Assembly (NCBI GenBank): GCA_017161655.1
Contig: JADFCV010000002.1
Coordinates: 218,778-282,777, forward strand
Reading direction: 5' to 3'
DNA: 64,000 nt
DNA from: Candidatus Sumerlaeota bacterium
GTDB lineage: Bacteria > Sumerlaeota > Sumerlaeia > Sumerlaeales > Sumerlaeaceae
Part shown: piece after piece, positions 9,819-20,527 of the stretch
Layout: the number at the start of each line of letters is the position of its first letter
How positions within the stretch are numbered: the first letter of the stretch is position 1
Notes under the pieces: generated by a model
Seen by the model: only the letters and a program-made list of their open reading frames with translations
Told to the model about the DNA's origin: nothing
The model's database searches: none
Program-made: the position numbers and the translations under genes

Positions 9819-11282
9819 ATGATACTCTTGGATCGTACAAGTCGCGTGAAGAAGCACATTATTATTTTAATGTTTGCTGTCCTGAGCGCAGTTTCCCTCT
9901 TTGGTCAGTATTCCTCCACAGAGGAAACTAGCTCCAGCCCCCAGGCAGTCCTCATGCAGAGTCATTCGGATTCTGGACCGCAGCAAACGTCAGAAAACAC
10001 CTCATCAGATTCTGCAGGCCATCATGCAGTTCTCGTCGAAGAGGTCCTTCTGGCACTCATTCTGATTCTCCTCGCAGCAAAAGTTGGGGGCGATATCTTT
10101 GAACGTTTCGGCCAGCCAGCTGTGTTGGGCGAATTAATTTTTGGCATACTCATTGGGAACGCGGCAATTTTGCCCCTCGGTGGACTTGAAACTGCAATCT
10201 CATCGGTTGTGCACGATCCACATGTCGACACATTTCTCACCTTGCTCGCAGAAGTGGGAGTGGTGATCCTTCTTTTCGAGGTCGGTCTTGAATCCACAGT
10301 TGGCGAGATGTTGTCGGTCGGTCCGTCCTCGCTTCTAGTGGCTTTCTTGGGAGTTGTCGCTCCAGTAGCCCTTGGTTTCATTGTCGGCGAGATTTTTCTG
10401 CCAGAAGAACCTTGGACAGTGCACTTATTTCTGGGTGCTGTTCTTGCTGCGACAAGTGTCGGGATCACCGCGCGCGTGCTCTCTGATCTGGGCAAAACCC
10501 ATCTTCGCGAAGCCAAGATCATATTAGGTGCTGCCGTCATAGACGACGTGCTGGGGCTCATCACTCTGGCCGCCGTACAGGGGATCATCACAGCAACCAC
10601 TTCCGGTGGAAGCGTAAGTATCGCATCAATTGTCTGGATCGTCGTTAAGGCATTCCTGTTTTTTCTCGGGGCGATCGTTCTCGGACGTTTTATTTCCCGC
10701 TACTTTTACAAATTGGCGGCCTGTCTTCGTGGCAAAGGGATCCTGCTGACCTTGACCTTGGTCTGGTGTTTCGGCATTGCTTTTCTAGCCTCGAAATTGG
10801 GCCTGGCGCCCATTGTTGGCGCTTTTGCTGCAGGGTTAGTTCTGGAAGAAGCGACATTTGTAGATTGGCAGGGTCGAGAGAAGCCTTTGGAGTCGCTGCT
10901 TCGACCTGTCGCAGATTTCCTAGTCCCTGTGTTTTTCGTGCACATGGGCATGAAGGTTCAGCTTTCGGTTTTCGGAGAATTTAGTGTACTCGGCTTTGCT
11001 GCTGCCCTCACTTTTGCAGCGATAGTTGGCAAGCAGGTTTGTTCGCTGGGCGTCTTAGAAAAGGGTGTTGGTCGTTTCGTTGTCGGCTTGGGGATGATTC
11101 CCCGAGGAGAGGTAGGGCTGATCGTTGCAAGCATTGGGGCGGCGATGCGCACTGGCCAGGGGCACCCCGTCATTACGCAAGCCACCTTCTCTGCCACGGT
11201 CATCATGGTCGTCGTGACCACCATGCTCACCCCACCACTCTTGAAATGGGCCCTTGCACGCCTGGAAAAGAAAGGCTCTTGA
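9819..11282 (+). CDS. Cation:proton antiporter (CPA2/NapA-like)
   Basis: Many TMs; GQPAVLGEL, LFEVGLE, AATSVGIT, AAVIDDVLG, GAFAAGL, GMIPRGEVGL. Confidence 0.92.
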   Translation: MILLDRTSRVKKHIIILMFAVLSAVSLFGQYSSTEETSSSPQAVLMQSHSDSGPQQTSENTSSDSAGHHAVLVEEVLLALILILLAAKVGGDIFERFGQPAVLGELIFGILIGNAAILPLGGLETAISSVVHDPHVDTFLTLLAEVGVVILLFEVGLESTVGEMLSVGPSSLLVAFLGVVAPVALGFIVGEIFLPEEPWTVHLFLGAVLAATSVGITARVLSDLGKTHLREAKIILGAAVIDDVLGLITLAAVQGIITATTSGGSVSIASIVWIVVKAFLFFLGAIVLGRFISRYFYKLAACLRGKGILLTLTLVWCFGIAFLASKLGLAPIVGAFAAGLVLEEATFVDWQGREKPLESLLRPVADFLVPVFFVHMGMKVQLSVFGEFSVLGFAAALTFAAIVGKQVCSLGVLEKGVGRFVVGLGMIPRGEVGLIVASIGAAMRTGQGHPVITQATFSATVIMVVVTTMLTPPLLKWALARLEKKGS

Positions 11283-11338
11283 ACCAGAACGGCCGAGTAG
11301 AGGCCTGCCAATCACATCTCGCGTCGGTAGCAGATGGC

Positions 11339-12106
11339 TCAGCTTTTGTTTGCCGAGTAAATCTCTTTCAACCCAATCAGCGTTAAATCCTCGTTTTGTT
11401 CCTTCACAATGTGCGAACGGCTAGTGACCGATGATGCTAGACCACCTGTGGCAATAGTTTTCGTCTCGTAACCGAGTTCTTTCCAAATCTCCTCGATAAG
11501 CCTATCGACGGCCCCCGCCAATCCATGAAGCAATCCCGAGCGAATGCTCTCGACGGTAGTTCGGCCGATCGCATGATGGGGCTCGTGTGGTGCCACACGC
11601 GGCAAGCGGGCGGTTCTCCTTGCTAAAGCCTCTGCCGATAATTCTATTCCCGGCAAGATTGCTCCCCCCAGATACTCCTGGTCTTTGCTTACGACATCCA
11701 GCGTTACGGCAGTGCCAACATCCACGGCGATGATCGGTGCTCCATAGAGTTGCACACTAGCAACAGCATTAGCCAACCGGTCGACGCCCACCTCTTGGGG
11801 TTTTGCATATTTGTTGGCCACTGGCATGGGGGTGGCATGAGTCACGTGAAAGACCGGGGCATGGCAGTTTTGGCGCAGCGCACTGTCTATGACATCGGAC
11901 AGGACCGGAACCACGCTTCCAACCACAGCAGCCTCAATTCTATCTGAGCCGCCCTGGGCACGGGATAACAACATCTCGATGAAAACGCCATATTCGTCCG
12001 CCGTCCGTCTGGTGTCGGAGGCAAGACGCCATCGGCCGCAAATTTTGTCTCCCTCAAACAAACCAATAACGACGTTTGTGTTTCCGATATCCGCCACTAA
12101 GAGCAT
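11339..12106 (-). CDS. coaX: Type III pantothenate kinase
   Basis: DIGNTN, SVVP, GVDR, DVGTA, GGAILPG, ATGG motifs. Confidence 0.95.
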   Translation of the reverse strand: MLLVADIGNTNVVIGLFEGDKICGRWRLASDTRRTADEYGVFIEMLLSRAQGGSDRIEAAVVGSVVPVLSDVIDSALRQNCHAPVFHVTHATPMPVANKYAKPQEVGVDRLANAVASVQLYGAPIIAVDVGTAVTLDVVSKDQEYLGGAILPGIELSAEALARRTARLPRVAPHEPHHAIGRTTVESIRSGLLHGLAGAVDRLIEEIWKELGYETKTIATGGLASSVTSRSHIVKEQNEDLTLIGLKEIYSANKS

Positions 12107-12114
12107 GTTTCCCC

Positions 12115-13005
12115 TCAGTCTCTCCGCTCCGCACTTGGATCTGTCGGATGGTCAATTTCGTCCGTCCGGAGTTCGATGATGTCACCACTCAAAATTTGTC
12201 GTATAAGACCAGAGTCTGTTCGCACCAGCAAGCCGTTTTCGGATGACACACCCAACGCCACACCCTCGACGCGCTCGTTGGGAAGCATGATGCGAACGTG
12301 GCGCCCAATGGTTGTGCACAATTCATTCATCTTCTTGGTCAGGTGGTCCAAAGATCGGGACTTCCACCAACTCTCAAGTCGCCTTAAGACGTTCGCTAAA
12401 AGTGCCCAGCGATCGACCTCTCTTCCAACTTGTTCCGCTATAGATGTAGGTTTTACAGGTGCTGCGTCAGGCAGCTCGTGGCTTCTCTGATTGACGTTTA
12501 TTCCTATGCCAATCACATAAGCATCGGGAAACTTTGGCGAGCGCTCCACCAGAATTCCTGCGCACTTATGCCCGTGAATGACAACATCGTTTGGGTATTT
12601 GATTGTTGCTTCGAGTCCTGTTGCCTCGCGAATCGCTTCTGCAGTGCTAACTGGTCCAGCCATCATCACGAACTGGATCTGATCGACTCGGTTAACGAAA
12701 ACAGATTCTGGCGGAGCTGCCAAAACTAGCGACATGAGGATGGCCTTGCCTCGCGGAGCCAACCATGAACGCTCATTTCGCCCTTTGCCCGCAGTTTGGT
12801 AATCGGCAACAGCAAGGGTCCCATCAACTCCCTGCGGCGAACCGGCTGACTCCACAAATCTCATGAGCCACCGCGAAGTGGAATCTATCTCATCAAAAAA
12901 ATAGAACCGCCTCACCAAAGCGATGCTTTCCAGATAGCCAGCCAGTACCAGGGCGTCTTCCGGAGCTTCTGGCAGTTCCCCTATCTCGTCGTCCCACCAG
13001 CTCAT
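12115..13005 (-). CDS. birA: Biotin-protein ligase, no N-terminal HTH evident
   Basis: IDST, QTAGKGR..RSW, KYPND, KCAGILVE, IGIGINVN. Confidence 0.93.
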   Translation of the reverse strand: MSWWDDEIGELPEAPEDALVLAGYLESIALVRRFYFFDEIDSTSRWLMRFVESAGSPQGVDGTLAVADYQTAGKGRNERSWLAPRGKAILMSLVLAAPPESVFVNRVDQIQFVMMAGPVSTAEAIREATGLEATIKYPNDVVIHGHKCAGILVERSPKFPDAYVIGIGINVNQRSHELPDAAPVKPTSIAEQVGREVDRWALLANVLRRLESWWKSRSLDHLTKKMNELCTTIGRHVRIMLPNERVEGVALGVSSENGLLVRTDSGLIRQILSGDIIELRTDEIDHPTDPSAERRD

Positions 13006-13874
13006 GCTTTCAGAGCTTCTGCGCCACTAACGATCTCAATAATCTCCTTGGTAATGGCCGCTTGGCGCGCCTTGTTCATCTTCAGCGTGAGCTTCTCGGT
13101 CAGTTCTTCACAATTACGCGTAGCGCCGCTCATCGCGATCATCCGGGCACTATGTTCAGCCGTAAACGTCTCCGCCAGAGTAATGTAGATTCGGTTGCTC
13201 ACGAAGCGAGGGAGAAGGGCTACTAAAACAGCTGATGGACTGGGCTCGAGTAAGAACTCCTGGCTACCACGAATCGGCAATGCCTCAGCTGATGCTTTAA
13301 TATCCGATCCAAGGGGCAACAAAACTTCAAATTCAGACCGATAAACAAGGGTCGAGACGAATTTGTTGTAGAGCAGGACAACTTCGTCGCAGTCCGCCGC
13401 AAGAAATGCTTCCACAAGCAGGCCGCCTATCTCTTGGGCTCGCGCGATAGAAAGCTTCGCCCCCAAATCCGGCACAGCGTGTCTGATGGAAACCTTCTTC
13501 GTTTTGAAATAATCGTAGCCTTTTTTCCCTACGCACACGAGTTCCACTGGCACGGTGCTCTCGCGCAGATAGGCCTCTGCCCGCTTAATAATTTGCGCAT
13601 TAAACGCCCCGGCCAGACCTCGGTCTGCCGTGAAGACAACCAACAATCGTTTGCTCACGGGTCTGCTTTCCAGAAGTGGATGAGCGACCGATCCACTTGC
13701 TGCCAGTCGCGAAAGCAAGTCTTTCAATTTCGCTGCGTAAGGTCTTCCAGCCATGAGCGCGGCTTGAGCACGTCGAAGCTTCGCTGCGCTCACCATTTCC
13801 ATCGCCCGCGTGATCTGCTTCGTGTTACGGATACTCCTCAACCGCCGCCGGAGCGCTTTCACATTCTCTGCCAT
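13002..13874 (-). CDS. atpG: F1F0 ATP synthase gamma subunit
   Basis: SIRNTKQITRAMEMVSAAKL, TADRGLAGAFN, EHSARMIAM..AT.N, NKARQAAITKEIIEIVSGAEAL. Confidence 0.97.
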   Translation of the reverse strand: MAENVKALRRRLRSIRNTKQITRAMEMVSAAKLRRAQAALMAGRPYAAKLKDLLSRLAASGSVAHPLLESRPVSKRLLVVFTADRGLAGAFNAQIIKRAEAYLRESTVPVELVCVGKKGYDYFKTKKVSIRHAVPDLGAKLSIARAQEIGGLLVEAFLAADCDEVVLLYNKFVSTLVYRSEFEVLLPLGSDIKASAEALPIRGSQEFLLEPSPSAVLVALLPRFVSNRIYITLAETFTAEHSARMIAMSGATRNCEELTEKLTLKMNKARQAAITKEIIEIVSGAEALKA

Positions 13875-13980
13875 CGGTTTTTGTCCTTACATGCCCATTG
13901 ATTTAGCATCGGCCTTTAGCATAGATGCAGCAAAATCGAACTGCTTAGCGAACGCAAAACAATACCAACCCAGGCCACAA

Positions 13981-16047
13981 TCATTTATCCTGACGACCCA
14001 GCTCAGACGGGTCAAAAAGAGTGACGCCACTAGCCTTCCGATCGGGCGCGCAGCGCCGAATCGCTATCACTGTTCGGCAGAAAAACGGCATGGCCGGTCT
14101 TTGAAAGTGCACACCCAATGCAGGAGCTGCAACGCGCACAGAAAATTTCGGACTCATCCATCCTTGTAGGGGTGCCTGTTCCCCCAGGTAAGTTATCGCT
14201 TCTCCGCAGGGTTCCCATTCAAGCAAACACTCGAACAATTTCCCCTGCCACGTGGCGTGGCCATCCTTAACGGAAAGCTCTCCGGGAGCGAAATGCCACC
14301 ACAGGGTGATCTTGTTCGGCCTGATTGCTAAAGGCATTTCAGCGAAAACCTCATCCCACACCACGTACTTATCTTCAAAATCGGTGCTAATTGTCCGCCG
14401 GTGACGCCAGGGCGTATAGCCATCGTGGCTCGCGGCGCATTCTGCCCTTCCACCAAGTGTCCAGCATTCGAGGCGTGTTTTTGCCACCCGTCCCCACAAG
14501 AACGGCCCGCGCATTTCGGATTGGTCTCGCTCGTCAACTTCGAGTGTATTGTGAGCGCGTGTTGAACGAAACCAATTTCGCCAGACGCGCTGCCCGTGGT
14601 AGCAATAAGTTCCCGGATCAATGAGAATTTGCTCGCCTGCACCGTCGATCGTTATGGATAGAGCGTCGGCGTGGGCATGGGCGTAGAGTGGGCCATAACC
14701 ATGAGGACCAAAATCGGCGACTAATTTGGTTTCCTTCCCCTTCAGAACCAGTATGCCCGATGGTTGAAAAAGTTCAGCGTGAGACGACGATGTTTCCTGC
14801 GGAACAGAGTCCTTTGGAGGACTCATCATCGCAACTTTCGATGCAACTTGATCGCCTGTGTCAATCGACCAAATCCACCGTGCCAGACGGACAGCCAAAG
14901 GCTGTTCCGCATAGTGATAATTAGCGGAGTTGCCACAAAAGCAGCGGAGGATTTGTGGCCAATGACTAGCTTTGATTTCTAATCCCAGCGGCAGAATTCT
15001 CGCATCGTCGCTATCTCCCAGGGCTGGGAAAGGACATCCTTCGTTTTGAATCATCTCCAGAAAATGTGCTGATGCACCCCACCTTTGAAGCCAGGTTGAG
15101 GGAAGTCCAACGTTGGCGTGGCGTCGCACGGCTGCTGCGCAAAAGCTCCATTCCAGATCTTCGAGAAGATATGCCACACTTAGCTCGACGCAGGCGCCAT
15201 CGGGGGTAACTTGGCGGGGAAATTCCCCATCCATCATTCTGCCCCCTAAATCCCCAAACTTATGCGCTGTTCTAGAGAAACGCCAACAGCGGCCGGCGAT
15301 CTCCATGCCGACAGCCTCACCAAGGAGATGGTTGTTGGAAGATGAATAAAGGCTCCTGAAACGGTGACAAAAATCAGCAGCTACGGCGACGTATTGAGCA
15401 ACACATTGAAGCTCCGCATCAGTAAACACACGCAGAGGCTCAATCAAGGCTAAAGCCCAAGTCCAATTCACGATCCGGACGGCCTGTTCCAACCCTGACG
15501 TCCAATGCACACCGTGGTAGGGGGGATTAGCCTTAACAAAACTAATTATATCTTCGATAACAGTGCGTGCTACCTCTCGGTCAGTCAACAAACGCGCTGC
15601 AATAGCCCGCGGGACCAACCAAGGCATCCGCCCCAACTCCCAAACGTACTTCACCTCCCCAAGATTTTCCTGATGTCGAAAATCTATCGAGAACGCGTTT
15701 TCAGTTGCTGGCCAGGTTTTTCCAGTGACGGGGTCCGTGAACCAATTGATTGGTGTGCCGAAATCTCGTTCAGGAAGACCGAGCAACGCGAATGCGTTCC
15801 GCTTCTGCCCTTTTGCGAGCTGTGCTATGCGAGCAAATTCCTCTGCTGCCTCTTCGACGAGCCTGGGCGACGGCGCCTTAATTCGGAAGCTAAATGCTGA
15901 CTCTAAGGGTTGCCGAATCTGAAATAGTTTTCGCGGGGGACCAAACAATGAAAGTAGCCAAACATCAACTTTCTGCCTGGCACGATAAACGATCTCGGCA
16001 GGCGGCATGGCACGAAGTCGGTGATAGTACCACGTGAATCGCTTCAT
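13981..16047 (-). CDS. Heparinase II/III family protein
   Basis: KYVWELGR, NNHLLGE, GDSDD, AHAHADALS, DPGTYCY, RSTRAHNT motifs of the polysaccharide-locus heparinase II/III family. Confidence 0.85.
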   Translation of the reverse strand: MKRFTWYYHRLRAMPPAEIVYRARQKVDVWLLSLFGPPRKLFQIRQPLESAFSFRIKAPSPRLVEEAAEEFARIAQLAKGQKRNAFALLGLPERDFGTPINWFTDPVTGKTWPATENAFSIDFRHQENLGEVKYVWELGRMPWLVPRAIAARLLTDREVARTVIEDIISFVKANPPYHGVHWTSGLEQAVRIVNWTWALALIEPLRVFTDAELQCVAQYVAVAADFCHRFRSLYSSSNNHLLGEAVGMEIAGRCWRFSRTAHKFGDLGGRMMDGEFPRQVTPDGACVELSVAYLLEDLEWSFCAAAVRRHANVGLPSTWLQRWGASAHFLEMIQNEGCPFPALGDSDDARILPLGLEIKASHWPQILRCFCGNSANYHYAEQPLAVRLARWIWSIDTGDQVASKVAMMSPPKDSVPQETSSSHAELFQPSGILVLKGKETKLVADFGPHGYGPLYAHAHADALSITIDGAGEQILIDPGTYCYHGQRVWRNWFRSTRAHNTLEVDERDQSEMRGPFLWGRVAKTRLECWTLGGRAECAASHDGYTPWRHRRTISTDFEDKYVVWDEVFAEMPLAIRPNKITLWWHFAPGELSVKDGHATWQGKLFECLLEWEPCGEAITYLGEQAPLQGWMSPKFSVRVAAPALGVHFQRPAMPFFCRTVIAIRRCAPDRKASGVTLFDPSELGRQDK

Positions 16048-17564
16048 AGTGCCACGGGGGAGGGTACAGCAGGATCACCAATCTTGATATGTCCAACCCA
16101 TCCGAAATGCGGCTCGAAACCAAATCGATTCCAGGGCAACTCATCAAAGGAGGCAGACCAAGTGGGAGTGTTTGACACAACTTGAATCTGTTCAGGTGCA
16201 ATTTCAGTCAGTCGCCACCGGATCTCGTTATCGAAGGCGCGACAGACTATAGGCACAAGTCGGTAGTCAAATCCCATAATTCGGGTGGCGACCGCGTCCG
16301 CAAGTACAGGGTTACGAGAGCCAATGATGAGACCACATGGCTTGTCTGAAGGGGCAAGCGGTCCATTCTTTTCGCCCCCAACAAGCCCGTCAATAACAGT
16401 TAAATAGTTACGCTGAATCGTGTTTTGCATAATCCCATTCTTGTCCGCGTAGAATAGGATCCGTTTTAGGTCCAGGCATGTTCGCCATATCGTATCATTA
16501 CCCCACCAATTTCCCGATCGGATCCGTCCCGCATTTGTGTCGCCAAACACGAGTTTTCCAAAAGATTTGAGCGGCCGAGCTACGACTCCTTTCAACGGCC
16601 CAAGATGGGGGAAGTATTCTTTGAACAGCTCCACCACTCTTTTTTCCACGCGATTTTTCATGTCATTACGATCGAATTGATCTCCCCCGTCTGCTGGGAT
16701 TCCCTCTGTGTGGTGGGGCAACCAGTTTTTGTTGCCGTTGATACCGATCATATTTTTTAACGAAAGGGTAACCCCAGCTTTTTTGTGCGTTTTCAGCTTT
16801 GGCAAATTGATCAAAACATCCGCGGCCAAAATTGTCCGACAGAGAGGATATTCATGCTTGCCGGGAGCATGATGCTCCTGCATCTCCGCTAAAGAATACT
16901 CTGCTCCCCGAAACTGTGCGGCTTTGAAGCTTACCGGTTCAAACAGAGAGTCGCTCTTGAGATCAACAGCAGCATATCCTAGAGGATCCCCCGGCAGTGC
17001 TTCGTGTCGAACGAGCACTCCATCAACTTTGTGAACATAGGCCAGTCTCAGATCGTAAACCTCTATGTCTAATCCGGTCTCTCTGCGATAAAACTCCCTT
17101 ATTTCTGGGATCCCCGAGATTCTAAGGATTTCAGAGAAAACAGCGTCATTTTGTGGTGAATCCGCAATTATGACACGTCCTTTGCCTTGCAGCCCCAGAT
17201 AAACATAGTCCAGAACCGCGCGAATGACAGAGCCATGAGTGATGAGGCTTTGACAGTCGATTCCGAAATCATGGAAATTTCTTACCCAATTAGGCTTCAA
17301 TAGGACGGTTTGCCCCGGAGATAGAATCTGCCCGAGAGGATTCCAGTTTGGGGTGCCAAATCGTGAGCTATCAAGCTCGAGTATGCGAAACAGTTCGCGT
17401 ACGGCCGAGTAGGCATAGTTTGGCTCCGAGCTAATGGCAGTGCCACTAAACGGATATTCAGGGAAATGCTCACTAGGATGAAACGGTGGGACTTCGGGGT
17501 ACTTCGGCTCTGTTTCCACCACTCCCACTTTTGTGCAGTACAAAATTTCTTTTTCCAACCACAT
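16044..17564 (-). CDS. DUF362-domain protein
   Basis: VLLKPN, ITHGSV, IIADSP, INLPKLKTHKKAGVTLSLKNMIG, DAVATRIMGFD. Confidence 0.82.
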   Translation of the reverse strand: MWLEKEILYCTKVGVVETEPKYPEVPPFHPSEHFPEYPFSGTAISSEPNYAYSAVRELFRILELDSSRFGTPNWNPLGQILSPGQTVLLKPNWVRNFHDFGIDCQSLITHGSVIRAVLDYVYLGLQGKGRVIIADSPQNDAVFSEILRISGIPEIREFYRRETGLDIEVYDLRLAYVHKVDGVLVRHEALPGDPLGYAAVDLKSDSLFEPVSFKAAQFRGAEYSLAEMQEHHAPGKHEYPLCRTILAADVLINLPKLKTHKKAGVTLSLKNMIGINGNKNWLPHHTEGIPADGGDQFDRNDMKNRVEKRVVELFKEYFPHLGPLKGVVARPLKSFGKLVFGDTNAGRIRSGNWWGNDTIWRTCLDLKRILFYADKNGIMQNTIQRNYLTVIDGLVGGEKNGPLAPSDKPCGLIIGSRNPVLADAVATRIMGFDYRLVPIVCRAFDNEIRWRLTEIAPEQIQVVSNTPTWSASFDELPWNRFGFEPHFGWVGHIKIGDPAVPSPVAL

Positions 17565-17588
17565 CGGTCTGACGTTCCCTAATCTACT

Positions 17589-18971
17589 TTATGATGGCGT
17601 CATGTGCGATATTTCTGGGAAAGCATCACCAGAATTTATCTTAGATAGGACAGCGACAAACTTCCCTCGGCCGGTTCGGGGGATATTTGCCACTCGCTCG
17701 ACAGAAATTTCTATGCCCGGTCCCAGGCGTTCTCTTGCGTTTCGTTTGATGATATCAGCATCGGCCTCGGAGAATTCCTGGTCAGGAACCACGAGTATCC
17801 GAACACAATCGAGAGTTTCCTGAACGATTTGACTCTCTACCACGTGCTTGACCCCTTTAAAAATGTGATCCAACCGCCCGACGGCACGTCCGTCCGGGGT
17901 CCACACATAAGATTCTTTTCGTCCTTGGATCGCGTCGATAATTCGAAATTCTCTTCCACACGGACATCTATCTTCTGCGGAAAGACGTACGGTATCGCCC
18001 GTACGATAACGCAACAGAATGAAGCTCTTATTGAATAGGGGAGTCCCAACCACTTCGAACTCGTTGTCCCCAGTTGGGACGTATTCAACGATTGCGTAAT
18101 CGGGGAATTCGTGGTAGCGACCATGTTCACAGGAACCCAAAGCAGCAGTTCTTTCAGTGTTCCCATAAAGATCAAAGATTCGGCACTGAAAAACCCTTTC
18201 GATAGTCTCGCGTTGGTATTCCAAAACCGTCTCTGAAGAAGTGAACACTCCTTTTACCGGAAATGGAGCCATCCCGAGATCCTCAAACGCTCGAGCAATC
18301 AAGTAGACAGAGGAAGGATACCCTTCGATCGCCGCTGGGGCAAACTGCCGAATCACCTCTACGTAAATGGGCAGCGTAGCCGCCGAAAGATGATAAGAAC
18401 TCATCAAGAGTTGGTTATCGGCAGGGCTGAAAAGCCAGTAAGGCGGTTCTGATTGCGTTGTGGGGACAATAAGTTCTCCTCGGAGTGTTACTCGTGGTTC
18501 TCCCATTTCATATCCGGACCAACGCCACTGGCGCCAGATCATCGCATGTTCATAATTGATAGAATAAATGTCGCGAAAACACACCAGCGGAGTCCCCGTT
18601 GTTCCCGACGAATAGGCTCTTCGTATCAGCCACTTCTTTGCCCGCTTGCTGAGAAACTGCTCGGGTGCTTTGCGAAGTGTCTCCTTATCCAGCAGTGGCA
18701 CTGCCTCAAGTACTTCGCGTGGGTTGCTACGCTCGGGATCCAATCTCAGTTCTTTGAACAAGCGCTCGTAGTACGGCACGAAGCGACAAGCTTCGATCAG
18801 AATTTCCTGGAGACGCTGTTCCTGCCATTCTCGGAGCTGTTGTGCCGTCCATTTTTGGTGATCTTCCATTTCTGCAAGAAGTCTTCTAAATGTATGTCCT
18901 TCTCGCAGAAAACGGTTGATGTATCCAGACCACACACGAGGATGTGCCCATTTCACCTGGAACTTACGCAT
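17589..18971 (-). CDS. Phenylacetate-CoA ligase family adenylating enzyme (CapK-like)
   Basis: VPYY, SSGTTGTP, GYPS, YGNTE, RYRTGD, IQGR, GRGKF ANL-family motifs; polysaccharide-gene context. Confidence 0.87.
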   Translation of the reverse strand: MRKFQVKWAHPRVWSGYINRFLREGHTFRRLLAEMEDHQKWTAQQLREWQEQRLQEILIEACRFVPYYERLFKELRLDPERSNPREVLEAVPLLDKETLRKAPEQFLSKRAKKWLIRRAYSSGTTGTPLVCFRDIYSINYEHAMIWRQWRWSGYEMGEPRVTLRGELIVPTTQSEPPYWLFSPADNQLLMSSYHLSAATLPIYVEVIRQFAPAAIEGYPSSVYLIARAFEDLGMAPFPVKGVFTSSETVLEYQRETIERVFQCRIFDLYGNTERTAALGSCEHGRYHEFPDYAIVEYVPTGDNEFEVVGTPLFNKSFILLRYRTGDTVRLSAEDRCPCGREFRIIDAIQGRKESYVWTPDGRAVGRLDHIFKGVKHVVESQIVQETLDCVRILVVPDQEFSEADADIIKRNARERLGPGIEISVERVANIPRTGRGKFVAVLSKINSGDAFPEISHMTPS

Positions 18972-19199
18972 ACCAGAAATATCCTACGCACGGAATACTT
19001 CAATGCAAGGTTCTCTAGCGGGCTTACGGCCATTCTCTTTTTTAGAATTTAGCTGAGATCTTCTGTTTGTAGGGCTAGAGAGAAAGTTGCCGGGAGGAGG
19101 CGATGTACTGTCGAGGCCGAGGCGGCAGTCAGCGAAGAGGGGAGAGTACAGACTTCAGCCGGGGACGTCGGACCGACGTAGTCTCTGAGAACCGGTGCG

Positions 19200-20480
19200 G
19201 TGCTGAGACCAGTAAGTGAAGCAATGGTTGCCAATGATCTAATCCTTGACGATGCCTACATGTGGACAGAAGACAAAAAACTTTCGCCGAATACAGAAAT
19301 GAGCCCAGAATTCAGAGCCCGTAAACATTTGCTATTTCTTGTTGGCACACGTCCTGAGGCCATCAAGCTAGCCCCTCTGATTAAGAGAGCAGAGGCTGAC
19401 CCTGCACACTGGATAGTCACCGTTTGCTTTTCAGGTCAACACGACGAGCTGGCACAACAAGTCTTTGAGCTGTTCCGTATCGAGCCACAATTCCGGTTAA
19501 AGGTCATGCGTGCCGCTCAACCTCTGAGCGAGCTTTCTTCGCGTCTTCTCGAAGCTTTCTCGCCAGTGCTTGCGGATGTCCACCCCGATGCAGTGATTGT
19601 TCAGGGTGATACAACCACAGCATTTGTAGGTGCTCTTACTGCGTTTTACGAGCGGATTCCTGTAGCTCATGTCGAAGCTGGCCTCCGCACAAACAACCCT
19701 TACGCCCCCTTTCCTGAAGAAATAAATCGAAGGCTTATCGCTCAAATTGCTACCTGGCATTTTGCACCCACAGTTCGAGCCATGAAAAATCTGCTCGCCG
19801 AAAACATTCCGAGCGAAAAGATTTTCGTGGTTGGCAACACGGTCATTGATGCGGTGCGTGAGATTCTAAGACGGGCCCCCGAAACAAATACTGCTGAGGT
19901 GCTTGCCCCTCCTGATCGTCCTTTCGTTCTCGTCACCCATCACCGTCGTGAAAGCTTTGGCCTTCCCGTTGAACGAGTTTTTTGGGCCATCGAGCAACTT
20001 GCCCAAAGGCATCCAGAAATCGATTTTCTATTCCCTGTTCACCCAAATCCGAATGTCCGAGAGAGGGCAGTGGAGATTCTCGGAAAAAAGCCGAATATTC
20101 TTCTCCAGCCTCCTTTGCCCTATCATCTCTTTGTTCATCTCATGGCTCATGCGCTTTTCTTAATTACAGATTCAGGGGGCATTCAGGAAGAAGCCACAGC
20201 ACTGGGCAAGCATGTCCTCGTCACGCGAGAAATTACAGAACGGCCGGAAACAGTGGAAGCGGGTTTAGCTATTCTCGTGGGAACAGATCAACAAAAACTC
20301 ATGATTGCTGCCGAGCAGCTTCTAAGCTCAAAATCTCGATTGCAGGCTCCAATATCAAGCGAGGTAACGCCGTTTGGAGATGGTCGCGCCTCAGAACGAA
20401 TACTTGAAAAACTCTACGCCCAATTAGGGGCCGTGGAGATCACGTCAAAGGCTGATCCAGCAAAATCGAGTTATCTATAG
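19200..20480 (+). CDS. wecB: UDP-N-acetylglucosamine 2-epimerase (non-hydrolysing); true start probably at or after 19260
   Basis: GTRPEAIKLAP, GQH, QGDTTT, HVEAGLRT, PFPEEINR, TDSGGIQEE, TERPE, FGDGRAS. Confidence 0.95.
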   Translation: MLRPVSEAMVANDLILDDAYMWTEDKKLSPNTEMSPEFRARKHLLFLVGTRPEAIKLAPLIKRAEADPAHWIVTVCFSGQHDELAQQVFELFRIEPQFRLKVMRAAQPLSELSSRLLEAFSPVLADVHPDAVIVQGDTTTAFVGALTAFYERIPVAHVEAGLRTNNPYAPFPEEINRRLIAQIATWHFAPTVRAMKNLLAENIPSEKIFVVGNTVIDAVREILRRAPETNTAEVLAPPDRPFVLVTHHRRESFGLPVERVFWAIEQLAQRHPEIDFLFPVHPNPNVRERAVEILGKKPNILLQPPLPYHLFVHLMAHALFLITDSGGIQEEATALGKHVLVTREITERPETVEAGLAILVGTDQQKLMIAAEQLLSSKSRLQAPISSEVTPFGDGRASERILEKLYAQLGAVEITSKADPAKSSYL

Positions 20481-20527
20481 CTTTCAGGTCGAGCCTTAAT
20501 TCCAACTCTCCGGCCTGGAGCAATGCC

